Shown: positions 1-10,244 of the stretch, piece after piece
How positions within the stretch are numbered: position 1 is the first letter of the stretch
How the letters are laid out: each line of letters opens with the position of its first letter
DNA from: Nitrospiraceae bacterium
GTDB taxonomy: Bacteria > Nitrospirota > Nitrospiria > Nitrospirales > Nitrospiraceae
DNA: 64,000 nt
Direction: 5' to 3'
Assembly (NCBI GenBank): GCA_050246315.1
Contig: JBFWWG010000010.1
Coordinates: forward strand, 103,088-167,087
Notes under the pieces: model-generated
The model's database searches: none
Seen by the model: only the letters and a program-made list of their open reading frames with translations
Told to the model about the DNA's origin: nothing
Program-made: the position numbers and the translations under genes

Positions 1-2
1 AG

Positions 3-416
3 ATCGGCCGTTACGCCCTGCTTTTCCAGGACATCGTCGTGCAGAAAGCCTACGGAGCCGTCCACGCCACCGTCCAGGGCAACCCCGACGACCTCCTGCA
101 CATGTTCGTCAATCTCATCACCAACGCCATTCAGGCAATGGACGGTCGGGGCACCCTGACCCTCCAAACCAGCGAGCGCGACGCCTGGCTGGAAGTCAGA
201 GTGACCGACACCGGCTGCGGCATCCCTCGCGACGTGCTGGAGCGGATTTTCGAGCCGTTCTATACGACCAAGGCGCCTGGGAAAGGAACCGGCCTTGGCT
301 TGTACAATGTCAAGGCCATACTCATGAAGCTGGAAGGCACGATCGCGGTCGAAAGCGAAGTCGGAAAGGGCACGACCTTCCTACTCCGGCTGCCGATCGC
401 CAAACCAGTCGGCTAG
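3..416 (+). CDS. Sensor histidine kinase, C-terminal HATPase_c domain (5' partial)
   Basis: N box (NLITNAIQAM), DTGCGI, FEPFYTTK, GTGLGL; frame open to the window edge. Confidence 0.9.
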   Translation: MGRYALLFQDIVVQKAYGAVHATVQGNPDDLLHMFVNLITNAIQAMDGRGTLTLQTSERDAWLEVRVTDTGCGIPRDVLERIFEPFYTTKAPGKGTGLGLYNVKAILMKLEGTIAVESEVGKGTTFLLRLPIAKPVG

Positions 417-422
417 CGCCCC

Positions 423-2885
423 ATGACGACCGCCGGCTCCCCGCCTGTTCGCCCCGCTCGGTGGGGGTTGAAGGGCAAGCTCATCGTCTCCATGTTGTTG
501 GTGGGCGTGGTCCCACTGCTCACCGGCCTGCTGTTGGCTTTTTTCCAGGGCTCGCGGGAAATCCGCGAAGTCAGCGGCGAAAGCTTCAAGGCCCTGGCCA
601 TTGAAGCGGCGAGAAAACTCGATCTGCTCGTGGGTGAAGAGGTCGCACGCACGTCCCGGATCGCCGTCGATCCGCTCATCGTCCTCGAAATGGAGCGGCA
701 GCGCGACGAGCGGCAAGACCTGTCCGAAGAGGAACGCCTGCGCCGCACGGCTCAGAAGCGCGAGAAGTGGGAAGCGCAAGACCCGGCCACCGTCAAAGCC
801 ATCACCGACAGTCCGATCGCACGCCTGTTACGGGATTACTACAGCGGCTCCAGCACCGAACTGGATCAGATGTTGCCACACGTCGTCCGAGCCGCGACCC
901 AGATGCTCTACATCACCGACCTCGACGGACAGTTGGTCGCCGCCCTCACCGTCAAACCGCCTTTTGACAACGGGACCTTCGCCTGGTGGAAGGGCGCGTA
1001 CAACAACGGGGCCGGTCTGCTCTTCATCCAGGATCTCTACTTCGACGAGCGATCCGACACCTATGTGTTCAGCATTTCGATTCCCATCATGGACAGCCTC
1101 CGGTACGAGACCGTGGGTGTGCTCCATCGGGTGATCGACGCCAAAGCCTTCTTTTCCCCCTCCACCCATCCGATTCGGTTCGGCAAGACCGGTCATGTCA
1201 TGCTTATCGACAGCCGAGGCATCGTGATGAGCTGCCCGATTCTTCCGACCGGCGTACGGATCGCCGATCTCGACCTGATCCCCCTCGTCACCCCGCATGA
1301 GCCCGGCTGGGTGCAGGCCTCGAGCGACGGGCACGGCGGCACATCCAAATCGATCATCGGCTTCTCTCCGCTGCCCGAGACGAGCCGGGCGACCAACGGC
1401 ACCACCGACGAAGGCGCCTGGCACACCTTCGTCTGGCAGTCCTCGGAGGAACTGTTCGCGCCGATCCAGCATCTCCTCACCTGGATGTCCGTCTTTGGGT
1501 CCTTGGCCGTGGTCCTGCTCGCCGCGCTCGGCTCGTTCGCCGCAGGCCGTATCGTCACTCCCGTCCGCAAGCTGCAATTGGCCGCCCGTGCGATCGGCCA
1601 CGGCGAGTTGCGGGAACCGATTGCCGTCAAGACCGGAGACGAGTTGGAGGAGTTGGCCGAGGAAATCAACCGCATGAACAGTCAACTCGAACGGGCCTTT
1701 GCCGGCCTCACCAGCCAGGTCGAACTCAAGAGTCAGGAAGTCCGTATTCTGGAACAATCCACCGACCGGATCCTGGACGCCGTCCCCTCGCCGATTTTCA
1801 TGGTGGACCACGAAGCCGCGGTTCACTACATGAACCGCGCCTCCCGCGAGGCCTTCGATCTCCAGGAAGCCAATCCGGAGGCCGGTACTCTCTACGACCT
1901 GTTGCACCTCCCGACCGGCGCGCGCGACCGATTGCAGCGAGAACTCGCGATCCTCGGCAACGGTCATGGCCGCGAACGCCTGACATCGGCGACTCGGACG
2001 GCATTGGCGCGAGACCCGCTTGCCCCCGGCGGCGGCGAGGAGGAGGCGGACCGCCGGGAACTCCAGGTCGGAAACGCCGTCTACCGCTACGAATGGTTCT
2101 CTTTACCGGCCAGGCCCGGGGAAGCAGACCGGCTGGGCCTGGTCTTGAGAAACGCCACCGACGAAAGCCGCCTACAGGAACAGCTTATCGAGGCGGAGAA
2201 AAAGGGCAGCCTGGGCGTGCTGACGGCCGGCATCGGACATGAATTGAACAATCCGCTCTTCGGCATTCTCGGGTTGGGGGAAGCGATCCAACACGAGCCC
2301 AACTCGGAACAGGTCAAGCAATATGCCAAGGACATCGTCCAACACGGCAAGCGGATGGCCGGCATCATTCGCGATTTTGCCGGAGTGACGCGGGCGGACA
2401 CAGGGGACCGGCGTGGGCTGGTCGATCTGACTCGACTGCTCGAAAGCGCGCTCCGGCTCGTTCAGCAATCCATGGGAGAGTGGGAGATCGAGGTCGAAAA
2501 GCGGTACGGATCGCTCCCGCCTATCAACGCGGTGGGCGAAGAGCTGTTACAAGCCTTCGTCAACGTCATCCTGAACGCCGCCCAAGCCATGAAAGGCACG
2601 GGGCGCCTGACGATCATCGCCGAGCAGGGGCCGGTTCTCATCCAGGTCACGATCCAGGACTCGGGACCGGGCATTTCGAAACCGCACCTCTTGAAGATTT
2701 TCGATCCTTTCTTCACGACCAAACAACAGGGACAGGGCAGCGGACTGGGGCTCACGATCGCGCGCCGGTTGCTCATGAAGAACGGCGGCCACATCCGGAT
2801 GGAGAGCACGCCCGGACAGGGCGCGTCCTGCATGATCACCTTTCCGATCCCCCAGGACACGGCTCAAACGGAGGGAACAGGATGA
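423..2885 (+). CDS. Membrane sensor histidine kinase (periplasmic Cache-like, HAMP, PAS-like, HisKA, HATPase)
   Basis: Two TM segments, HAMP (IVTPVRKL...GDELEELAEEINRM), H box GIGHELNNPL, DSGPGI, FDPFFTTK, GSGLGL. Confidence 0.92.
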   Translation: MTTAGSPPVRPARWGLKGKLIVSMLLVGVVPLLTGLLLAFFQGSREIREVSGESFKALAIEAARKLDLLVGEEVARTSRIAVDPLIVLEMERQRDERQDLSEEERLRRTAQKREKWEAQDPATVKAITDSPIARLLRDYYSGSSTELDQMLPHVVRAATQMLYITDLDGQLVAALTVKPPFDNGTFAWWKGAYNNGAGLLFIQDLYFDERSDTYVFSISIPIMDSLRYETVGVLHRVIDAKAFFSPSTHPIRFGKTGHVMLIDSRGIVMSCPILPTGVRIADLDLIPLVTPHEPGWVQASSDGHGGTSKSIIGFSPLPETSRATNGTTDEGAWHTFVWQSSEELFAPIQHLLTWMSVFGSLAVVLLAALGSFAAGRIVTPVRKLQLAARAIGHGELREPIAVKTGDELEELAEEINRMNSQLERAFAGLTSQVELKSQEVRILEQSTDRILDAVPSPIFMVDHEAAVHYMNRASREAFDLQEANPEAGTLYDLLHLPTGARDRLQRELAILGNGHGRERLTSATRTALARDPLAPGGGEEEADRRELQVGNAVYRYEWFSLPARPGEADRLGLVLRNATDESRLQEQLIEAEKKGSLGVLTAGIGHELNNPLFGILGLGEAIQHEPNSEQVKQYAKDIVQHGKRMAGIIRDFAGVTRADTGDRRGLVDLTRLLESALRLVQQSMGEWEIEVEKRYGSLPPINAVGEELLQAFVNVILNAAQAMKGTGRLTIIAEQGPVLIQVTIQDSGPGISKPHLLKIFDPFFTTKQQGQGSGLGLTIARRLLMKNGGHIRMESTPGQGASCMITFPIPQDTAQTEGTG

Positions 2886-3478
2886 CGAAGATCACCATAT
2901 TCACGCTAGGGGGTTGCCTGGCGCTGCTCGGAGTCTTCGCTGCCGGTGCAACGTCGGCCCCTCCCAAGAACAGAGACGAATCGCCTCCGCCTCTACTCTC
3001 TCACGAGAAAGTCGCCGGCTACATCCACGCGATCATCGAGGCGGATCGCAAATTCTATTCGGCGCAGGTGGTCAACCGGATGCAGGAGCGCGGCATCGTC
3101 AAGGCGACCGAGCATTGGGAAAACGAAGGCACGCTCCCGCTTCCGGCTCAGTTCCTCAAATATTCCGGGCAGGTCGTCGCCGAAAACGGCAGCGGCATCC
3201 GGTACAGGCTGATCAGCCTCTGGCCCATCAACCAACAAAACAGTCCCGCTACCCCATTCGAACGCAAGGCGCTCGAAACGTTGGCGGAGAACCCGGCGGA
3301 ACCCTATCGCGGCTTCGTCGCCAGCGGGAAGAAACGGTATTTCCAAGCCATCTATGCCGATCGAGCGGTCTCAGCGGCCTGCGTCAGTTGTCACAATCAG
3401 CATCCCTTGAGCCCCAAGCGGGATTTCAGGATGAGCGACATCATGGGGGGGATCGCCATCACCATCCCGGTCGAGTGA
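2882..3478 (+). CDS. DUF3365/Tll0287-like periplasmic c-type heme protein
   Basis: ATG overlaps the kinase stop (ATGA); signal peptide; LPLPAQFL, RLISLWPIN and C-terminal CVSCH heme motif. Confidence 0.85.
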   Translation: MTKITIFTLGGCLALLGVFAAGATSAPPKNRDESPPPLLSHEKVAGYIHAIIEADRKFYSAQVVNRMQERGIVKATEHWENEGTLPLPAQFLKYSGQVVAENGSGIRYRLISLWPINQQNSPATPFERKALETLAENPAEPYRGFVASGKKRYFQAIYADRAVSAACVSCHNQHPLSPKRDFRMSDIMGGIAITIPVE

Positions 3479-3526
3479 GGCCGTCCACTGGCACTTAGCA
3501 GGATGGGCGGAGAGAAACTGTTACCC

Positions 3527-3656
3527 GCAGAATGATCAAAAAGGCCGTCCAGCGAGGCCGCAGCAAGCGAGAGGGGTGAGGCCGTACTTTCTTCGGTACG
3601 TGGAGCGCTTGAGTGCCGCGAGAACAAAGCTGGCGGGCTTTTTCAACATTCTGCTA
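3527..3656. repeat. Intergenic MITE/REP-like element, family C
   Basis: Terminal inverted arms GCAGAATG.TCAAAAAG / CTTTTTCAACATTCTGC; core AGGCCGTCCAGC.AGGCCGCAGC shared with 26722-26849. Confidence 0.7.
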
Positions 3657-4760
3657 CGGCGAGTGGACGGCGGGGGCCGTCGGCTGATGATACTCCTCGC
3701 GGTAGATTTGCAGAGCCGTTAACAAGAGCGCGACCACGATCGGCCCCACGAAGATCCCGATCACGCCATAGACCGAGAGCCCGCCCAGCACGCTGAATAT
3801 CAGGAGAAACACGGGAATCTGAGCGCCCTGCCCGATCAGGAGCGGACGGAGCACCTGATCGACCGTGGACACGACGCCGCCCCCCCAGACCAGTAGAGCC
3901 ACGCCTTTCCACGCCGGCCCGGCCCAGAGCAACCACAGGGCGACCGGCACCCAGACGAGGGCGGTCCCGCCGAACGGGATCGGCGCGAGGATCGTCGTCA
4001 CCGCCATCAACACGACTGGAACCGGTACGCCGAGCACCGCATAGGCCACCCCGGCCAACAGTCCCTGCACGATCGCCGTCACCACCACGCCCTTGACGAC
4101 GGCCCGCATGGTCAAATCCAGCCGGGAAAAGATTTTCGACTTGTGCGACGAGTCGAGCGGGATCAGCTCATACAGTTTGGCAACCAAGTCGCGCCCGTCC
4201 CGAAAGAAAAAGAACAACGTTACGATCATGACCAGCGCGTTGGCAAAAAACGCGAAAACGTTCTTGACGAACCCGGTCAACCCGCCGACCAGAAACTGGC
4301 TGAGCGACTTGGCGCTCGAAATGAGGATCTCCTCGAGGTTGTCGGGTCCGGCCTCCAGGCGATCGTACCAGCCACGCAGATACTCGCCCCCCAGGGGCAA
4401 CTGCGACAACTGCTCGGGCAGCCGTGCGAGCCCTCCCTCCGCCACCCAGATCCGGATCGCCTTTTCCAACACCACCGCTTCTCGCACGATCACCCCGCCC
4501 ATCCAGATCAGGGGCAGAACGCCCAGCAACATGATGCCGACGGTGAGAATACCGGCCGCCAATGACCTTCTCCCTCCCAGCCGGCCCGTCAAACGGCTGT
4601 GGAGAGGATAGAGCAGATGGGCGAGCACTGTGGCCCAGACCATCGCCAGCAGAAAAGGCTGGAACATCAACGCGAGTTGATACACGAGGAACAGCAGGAT
4701 CGCGAAGAACGCGAGCCCAAAGACTTGCTGGCGTGTGAGGAACGACAGGGGCTTGTCCAA
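3654..4760 (-). CDS. AI-2E family (PerM/YdiK-like) membrane transporter
   Basis: Multi-TM protein with DQVLRPLLIG and GIFVGPIV motifs; TTG start at 4760 is uncertain. Confidence 0.85.
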   Translation of the reverse strand: MDKPLSFLTRQQVFGLAFFAILLFLVYQLALMFQPFLLAMVWATVLAHLLYPLHSRLTGRLGGRRSLAAGILTVGIMLLGVLPLIWMGGVIVREAVVLEKAIRIWVAEGGLARLPEQLSQLPLGGEYLRGWYDRLEAGPDNLEEILISSAKSLSQFLVGGLTGFVKNVFAFFANALVMIVTLFFFFRDGRDLVAKLYELIPLDSSHKSKIFSRLDLTMRAVVKGVVVTAIVQGLLAGVAYAVLGVPVPVVLMAVTTILAPIPFGGTALVWVPVALWLLWAGPAWKGVALLVWGGGVVSTVDQVLRPLLIGQGAQIPVFLLIFSVLGGLSVYGVIGIFVGPIVVALLLTALQIYREEYHQPTAPAVHSP

Positions 4761-5033
4761 GGCGTCATGTAGATAGCAGAGTACCGCACGTGTTGTCACG
4801 CAAGAGACAGATTCCCCGTCCAGCCGACGCCGCGGCGGGCGGACGCGACGGCAAGGAGGAAGGCGACAGCGGGCAGGACGTAGGATTTCCGTCACTCGTC
4901 ATTGGTCAATCGTACTGGAGTGTCGCGTCCTGGTGGCCTGACTTGTTCAGCTTTGACCGAATGACGATCGGCGGTTGACGCATCGCGGTCAAGCCCATCG
5001 GCAAGCACAAAGCCGGCGGTCTTCAGCGTCGCG

Positions 5034-5789
5034 TTAAGACAGGCGGGTGTAGATCAGATCGTCGAAGTAGGTGACCGCATCCGATCTGGTCCAGAGGCCG
5101 ATGCGGCCGGATTGAAACGTGCGGTCGCAGAGATGCAGCAACTCGCGGCCGTCGTACGAGATCGCGATTTCGCAGCCCTCTGTCCGCACGCGGAGCCGAT
5201 GCCAACTCTTGAGCGAGATCGTCTGGCTCCGGCTCTCCACTAATTGCTGCACCCCCTTCACTACCCGGTAGAGGCGGATGTTCTGTTCGACCGCGCTGGC
5301 ACGCAAAAGGTAATAGTTTCGGTCGTCGGCCGCGCGCCAGATCACCCCGGCCCCCAGCTCCGCCTTGCCGCCGACCGGGAGAAACGCTACCTCCACCTCC
5401 ACGTTCGCCGCTTCGGTATCGTTAATCAGCAACATCTTGTAGGCATGGTCGGCGCCTTTGGATTGGACCTGCGCCAGCACCTGCATTGAGCTTCTAGCCC
5501 GTTCGCTGTGAAAGACTTTCCATTCGCCGGCCGGGCGTCCATCGAACAACGTTCCCAGCGTGAATCCGGACGGCAGCCGTCCCGGCACATCGTCGTCGAA
5601 ATTCCAGCTCTTGGTTGGACCGGCACGCCGGTTCTCTTTTCTCTCCGCCGGCTCATCGGCCAGACCGGCGGATCGGAAGAGGATCACCAAGAGGGGGAAC
5701 CACAGCACGACACGGAGCCATCGCGCCCGAACCAGAGCCGGTAACCAGACTTCCTGACGACCAGCCGGTCGATGAGTCGCGGTTGTCAT
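5034..5789 (-). CDS. Secreted protein with DUF1080/concanavalin-like beta-sandwich
   Basis: N-terminal hydrophobic segment; GVIWRA..NYY and GRIGLWT..FDDL motifs; start overlaps the PBP1B stop. Confidence 0.65.
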   Translation of the reverse strand: MTTATHRPAGRQEVWLPALVRARWLRVVLWFPLLVILFRSAGLADEPAERKENRRAGPTKSWNFDDDVPGRLPSGFTLGTLFDGRPAGEWKVFHSERARSSMQVLAQVQSKGADHAYKMLLINDTEAANVEVEVAFLPVGGKAELGAGVIWRAADDRNYYLLRASAVEQNIRLYRVVKGVQQLVESRSQTISLKSWHRLRVRTEGCEIAISYDGRELLHLCDRTFQSGRIGLWTRSDAVTYFDDLIYTRLS

Positions 5790-8077
5790 ATGCCGAAGAT
5801 CCGTTTGAAACGATCCCAGAACCCTTCGCCGTGCAATTCACAGTACAGGGTTGGCTCGGTTCCTTCAATAAAGACTTCGCTCACGGATTCCGGGCATCGA
5901 GACGTAGCCAACTGCCCGGTCTGAGGATCGATCGCCTTGGTCACGATCCCGGATGGCACGAGGAAATCAGGCGAGTCGGCAGGAAGCACGTCTTTCATGA
6001 AGTCCGTCCAGATCGGGAGCGCGGCTTGGGCTCCGCTGAGCTTGACCTCTCGTCCGTCGTCAAACCCGACCCAGACGCCGACCACCAGTTCCGGCGTATA
6101 GCCGATGAACCAGGCATCCCGAAACCCGTCCGTGGTGCCGGTCTTGCCGGCTGCTGGATGCGTGAGTCCGAGGGACTTGGCCCGGGCGGCGGTGCCCCGC
6201 TCGACCACCCCCTTCAGCAGCGAGGTGACCAGATAGGCGGCCTGAGGCGAGACGGCCTGTCGGCGGTCCGTGACCGGCTGCCACAGGGGATCGCCGTCCT
6301 GTGCGATCACCTGCCGGAGCCCCGTTGGCCCCATCACGATTCCATCATGGGCCAAGGCGCCGTAACTGCCGGTCATTTCCAACAGCGAGACGGCGGAGCC
6401 GCCCAACGCCAGTGTCAGGTTCTCGTCCAGCGGGCTCTTGACGCCGAGCCCGCGCGCCACTTGCGCGATGCGCCTTACCCCGACAGCTTGGGCCACCCGC
6501 ACCACCGGCACATTCAATGAGTGTTCAATGGCCGCCCGGACTGTGACCTTGCCCCGAAACTGCTTATCGTAATTCTGCGGCGACCAGGTTCCTGCCGGCG
6601 ATTCGAAAGAGACCGGTTCATCGAGCAACAGACTGGCCGCCGTGATGGGTTGACCACCGTCCGTTTGCCTGGACTCGAACGCGGTCAGATAAACCAGCGG
6701 CTTAAACAGCGAGCCAGGCTGCCGCTTGGCCTGGACCGCACGATTGAACTGGCTCGCCCGGTAGTCGCGCCCGCCGACCATCGCGAGGATCTCTCCGCTG
6801 CGGGGATCAAGTGCGACCAGGGCGCCTTGCAGAGGTTCGCCGTGTTTCGTCAAATGCGCATGCGCCTGCTCCAAACGCCCAAGCCCACGCGAGAGGGCCT
6901 CGGCCGCTGTCCGCTGCAAGATCGGGTCGAGCGTCGTGTAGATCCTGGCCCCCGGCGGCAAGGGTTGACCGCTCAATTCTTCGATGCGTCCCATGACATA
7001 GTCCACGAAATAGGGCGCGTCGGCGACCATGTCCTGGGGCGGATGGACCGACAGCGGACGGTTCACGGCCTGCGTCCATTCCGCCTCGGAGAGTTTTCCT
7101 TCCTCCCGCAACCGGCGCAACACAATATCCCGTCGTTGCCGGGCCAGGTCCCGATCCCTGAGCGGTGAGTAGGTATTGGGACCCTTGATCAGGCCGGCGA
7201 TCAGGGCCATTTCATCGATCGACAAATCCTGCAGGGTCTTGCTGAAATAGCTGTTCGCGGCCGCCTCCACCCCGTAGATGCCGACCGATCCAGCCTGCCC
7301 CAAGTAGATTTCGTTCAGGTAGCTCTCCAGGATTTCGTCCTTTTGATACTTGGCCTCCAGGACCAGCGCCGCCATCGCTTCCTGGACCTTGCGCCCGAAC
7401 GTGCGCTTCGGACTGTAGAAGAGGTTCTTGGCCAATTGTTGGGTGATCGTGCTCCCGCCCTGGACGACTCCACCTTTCAGCAGATTGCGCCACAGTGCGC
7501 GCCCCACCGCGATGGGATCGATGCCCGGATGCCAATAGAACCGGTGGTCTTCCACTGCGAGGACCGTCTCGATCAAGCGCGGCGGCATGTCACGGATGGG
7601 AACCCACGAGCGCACCTGGCGGGATTCGCCGCGCAGACCGCTGATCAGTTGCGGCTCGAGCGCCACAGGAAAAGAGGGCACGTCCTGCGGCATGAGCCGC
7701 ACGTCGCTGATGCGAGTCTGATCGAGCACCAGACGAACCAGCGTCGGACTGACGTGCAGGTCCGGCTGCTCGCGCAGAAAGACATCCAACGCGGCGGGAG
7801 TCGGGCGAAATTCGCCGGGCTGGCGCGGTTCATGCGCGACCACATGGTAGCCGAGGCGCCCCAGTCGCTCGATCACGCGAGCCTCCCGAATATCCCGATC
7901 CACCCGGAGCGGGAAGGCCGCCCCGTAAATCAACAGTGGCGGTCGTTCTTCTCCCTTTGGTAAGGTCAGGGTGGTGGCGAGATAGCCGCCGGACAACAGG
8001 AGCATCGAAGTCACCAATGCGATCCCATAGAGGACGGCCGTAAGGCTGCGTGTCGTCCAGCGTGCGAGTCGGGGCAT
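5786..8077 (-). CDS. mrcB: Class A penicillin-binding protein 1B (UB2H, transglycosylase, transpeptidase)
   Basis: EDHRFYWH, GGSTITQQL, RKVQE; transpeptidase motifs SLFK, SLN, KTG; UB2H-like segment LGRLGY...PGEF. Confidence 0.9.
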   Translation of the reverse strand: MPRLARWTTRSLTAVLYGIALVTSMLLLSGGYLATTLTLPKGEERPPLLIYGAAFPLRVDRDIREARVIERLGRLGYHVVAHEPRQPGEFRPTPAALDVFLREQPDLHVSPTLVRLVLDQTRISDVRLMPQDVPSFPVALEPQLISGLRGESRQVRSWVPIRDMPPRLIETVLAVEDHRFYWHPGIDPIAVGRALWRNLLKGGVVQGGSTITQQLAKNLFYSPKRTFGRKVQEAMAALVLEAKYQKDEILESYLNEIYLGQAGSVGIYGVEAAANSYFSKTLQDLSIDEMALIAGLIKGPNTYSPLRDRDLARQRRDIVLRRLREEGKLSEAEWTQAVNRPLSVHPPQDMVADAPYFVDYVMGRIEELSGQPLPPGARIYTTLDPILQRTAAEALSRGLGRLEQAHAHLTKHGEPLQGALVALDPRSGEILAMVGGRDYRASQFNRAVQAKRQPGSLFKPLVYLTAFESRQTDGGQPITAASLLLDEPVSFESPAGTWSPQNYDKQFRGKVTVRAAIEHSLNVPVVRVAQAVGVRRIAQVARGLGVKSPLDENLTLALGGSAVSLLEMTGSYGALAHDGIVMGPTGLRQVIAQDGDPLWQPVTDRRQAVSPQAAYLVTSLLKGVVERGTAARAKSLGLTHPAAGKTGTTDGFRDAWFIGYTPELVVGVWVGFDDGREVKLSGAQAALPIWTDFMKDVLPADSPDFLVPSGIVTKAIDPQTGQLATSRCPESVSEVFIEGTEPTLYCELHGEGFWDRFKRIFGI

Positions 8078-8105
8078 CAGGTATCGCGAACGGAGGATTA
8101 CCGGT

Positions 8106-8324
8106 TAGGAGCCTGTCCGACATGACCGTTCGTAGCGAGACAACGGAGGCATGAGCAGATCTGCGGCCACAGGCCTTGAAAATCCGGAGGCGTCTTCACT
8201 GGAATCGAGAACCATTGCTCCGCAGAATGCAATGGGTGACCCGGATTTTTCGAGACCGAGAACAAAGCCGATGCTCGTGGATCGTTCGCCATAGCAGAAT
8301 GCGTCCTGTCGGACAGGCTCCTAG
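8106..8324. repeat. MITE-like element, family A
   Basis: TIR TAGGAGCCTGTCCGACA / TGTCGGACAGGCTCCTA; related copies at 20798, 50344 and 59362. Confidence 0.85.
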
Positions 8325-8553
8325 AATACGGGAACGCCCGGGCGGAAAAAAGAGCGTGCGGCTCCACGGGCAACCTGCCTGTCATCGCCACGTTTCTCTT
8401 GACAGTCCTGAAGAGTGTTTTACATTACTCTCACCATACCAATGGAAGGACCGGGCCACTAGCGAATTGTGCATCGTTTGGTGGTTGTCTTGTGCGTCTC
8501 GATCAAGAAAGGCAGGGACCCCCTGATCAAGGTGAGGAGAATTGGCACACACG

Positions 8554-10065
8554 ATGACTTCTATCATCCTTCGAACCGCCGGCCTGCTGGCGATCGGCGT
8601 CCTCATCGGAGCCGGCTGCACTGAATCCCCGCCTCCCTCGAACGCGAATCAGCAATCGGACATCGTCGCAGCCCAGGTCTCGCAGGCGGGGACGATTCCG
8701 GTGTCGGTGGCGACCACGGGAGCCGGGACGTTGCCGGCCAATGAAACGTTCATCAACATCGCCAAAGCGGCCCGCGCCTCGGTCGTCAATATTTCCTCTT
8801 CGCGCAAGATCAAGCAGGACACTCAACCGTTCGGGAGCCCGTTCGACGATCCGTTCTTCCGCCGGTTCTTCGGGGACGAGTTCGAAAAACGCTTCAAGGC
8901 TCCGCGCGAACGCGAGCGTCAGGAGCAGGGCCTCGGGTCCGGCGTGATCGTGAGCACGGACGGGTACATCGTCACGAACAACCACGTCGTCGAGCAGGCG
9001 GAGGAAATCAAGGTGTTGTTGGGCGACAAGCGCAGCTTCAAGGGTAAGGTCGTCGGCACCGACCCCAAGACCGATCTGGCGGTGATCAAGATCGATGCAG
9101 CCGACCTGCCGACGCTCAAGTGGGCCGATTCGGGGCAGTTGCAGGTCGGGGAATTGGTCCTGGCGGTCGGCAATCCCTTCGGACTCAATCAAACCGTGAC
9201 CATGGGCATCATCAGTGCCGTCGGCCGGGCCAACATGGGCATCGTCGATTACGAAGACTTCATCCAGACCGACGCCGCGATCAATCCCGGCAATTCGGGC
9301 GGTGCGTTGGTCAACCTGAGGGGCGAGTTGATCGGCATCAACACGGCCATTTTCTCACGGAGCGGCGGGTACATGGGGATCGGGTTCGCCATCCCCAGCA
9401 ACATGGTCCGGAACGTGATGAACAGTCTCGTCAAACACGGGAAGGTCGTGCGCGGCTGGCTCGGCGTGTCCATCCAGGAACTGACGCCGGATCTAGCCAA
9501 GGAGTTCGGCGTCGCCGATGGGCAAGGGGCCCTGGTGGCCGATGTGCTCGACGACAGTCCCGCCGCCAAGGCCAAGCTGCAACGCGGGGACGTCATCATC
9601 GCGTTCAACGGAGTTCCGGTCAAGGACCCGTCTCACCTGCGCAGCATGGTGGCGGAGGCCTCGCCGGACTCGACCAGTACGGTTACGGTCCTGCGCGACA
9701 AGGACAAGAGAGACGTCAAGGTGACCATCACGGAGCTACCCAAGGACCTGGCCAAGGCCTCCCAAGAAGGGCCGGACAGCTCCAAGGGCGAGCATGCGCT
9801 GGCCGGCATCACCGTGGAGGAGAATAAGGATCGGTCGGGAAAGAGCCGCCATCGCGGCGGCGTCGTGATCACGGACGTGGAGTCGGAAAGCGCCGCCGAA
9901 CGGGCCGGGGTCCGACCCGGCGACGTGATCATGGAGATCAACAGAAAGCCGGTACGAACGGTTGCGGATTTTGATAAACTCACCGGCCAACTGAGCGCCA
10001 AGACGCCGGTGCTCCTGCTGCTCAATCGAGGGAACGCCACCATCTTCCTCTCGATCGCGCCGTAG
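8554..10065 (+). CDS. HtrA/DegP-DegQ family serine protease with two PDZ domains
   Basis: TNNHVV, TDLAV, QTDAAINPGNSGG; lipoprotein-like signal (GAGC); two PDZ domains. Confidence 0.95.
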   Translation: MTSIILRTAGLLAIGVLIGAGCTESPPPSNANQQSDIVAAQVSQAGTIPVSVATTGAGTLPANETFINIAKAARASVVNISSSRKIKQDTQPFGSPFDDPFFRRFFGDEFEKRFKAPRERERQEQGLGSGVIVSTDGYIVTNNHVVEQAEEIKVLLGDKRSFKGKVVGTDPKTDLAVIKIDAADLPTLKWADSGQLQVGELVLAVGNPFGLNQTVTMGIISAVGRANMGIVDYEDFIQTDAAINPGNSGGALVNLRGELIGINTAIFSRSGGYMGIGFAIPSNMVRNVMNSLVKHGKVVRGWLGVSIQELTPDLAKEFGVADGQGALVADVLDDSPAAKAKLQRGDVIIAFNGVPVKDPSHLRSMVAEASPDSTSTVTVLRDKDKRDVKVTITELPKDLAKASQEGPDSSKGEHALAGITVEENKDRSGKSRHRGGVVITDVESESAAERAGVRPGDVIMEINRKPVRTVADFDKLTGQLSAKTPVLLLLNRGNATIFLSIAP

Positions 10066-10120
10066 CCCACGCGACTGAGAGGACTGGGGTCCATCTTTCA
10101 TACGGAGGACAGAGAACGCC

Positions 10121-10210
10121 ATGCTTGAACTGGTTGCGTACGGGTTCATGGGCGGCACCCTGTTGGTGTGCGCCATTGCCATCTTTTCATTCCTCAAGGC
10201 GATCGAATAG
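10121..10210 (+). CDS. Putative 29-aa single-TM small protein
   Basis: GGAGGA upstream; MLELVAYGFMGGTLLVCAIAIFSFLKAIE; below the ORF-track cutoff. Confidence 0.5.
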   Translation: MLELVAYGFMGGTLLVCAIAIFSFLKAIE

Positions 10211-10244
10211 GTCGCGCTGATCTGGACGGCGCCCGCCCGGGTTC

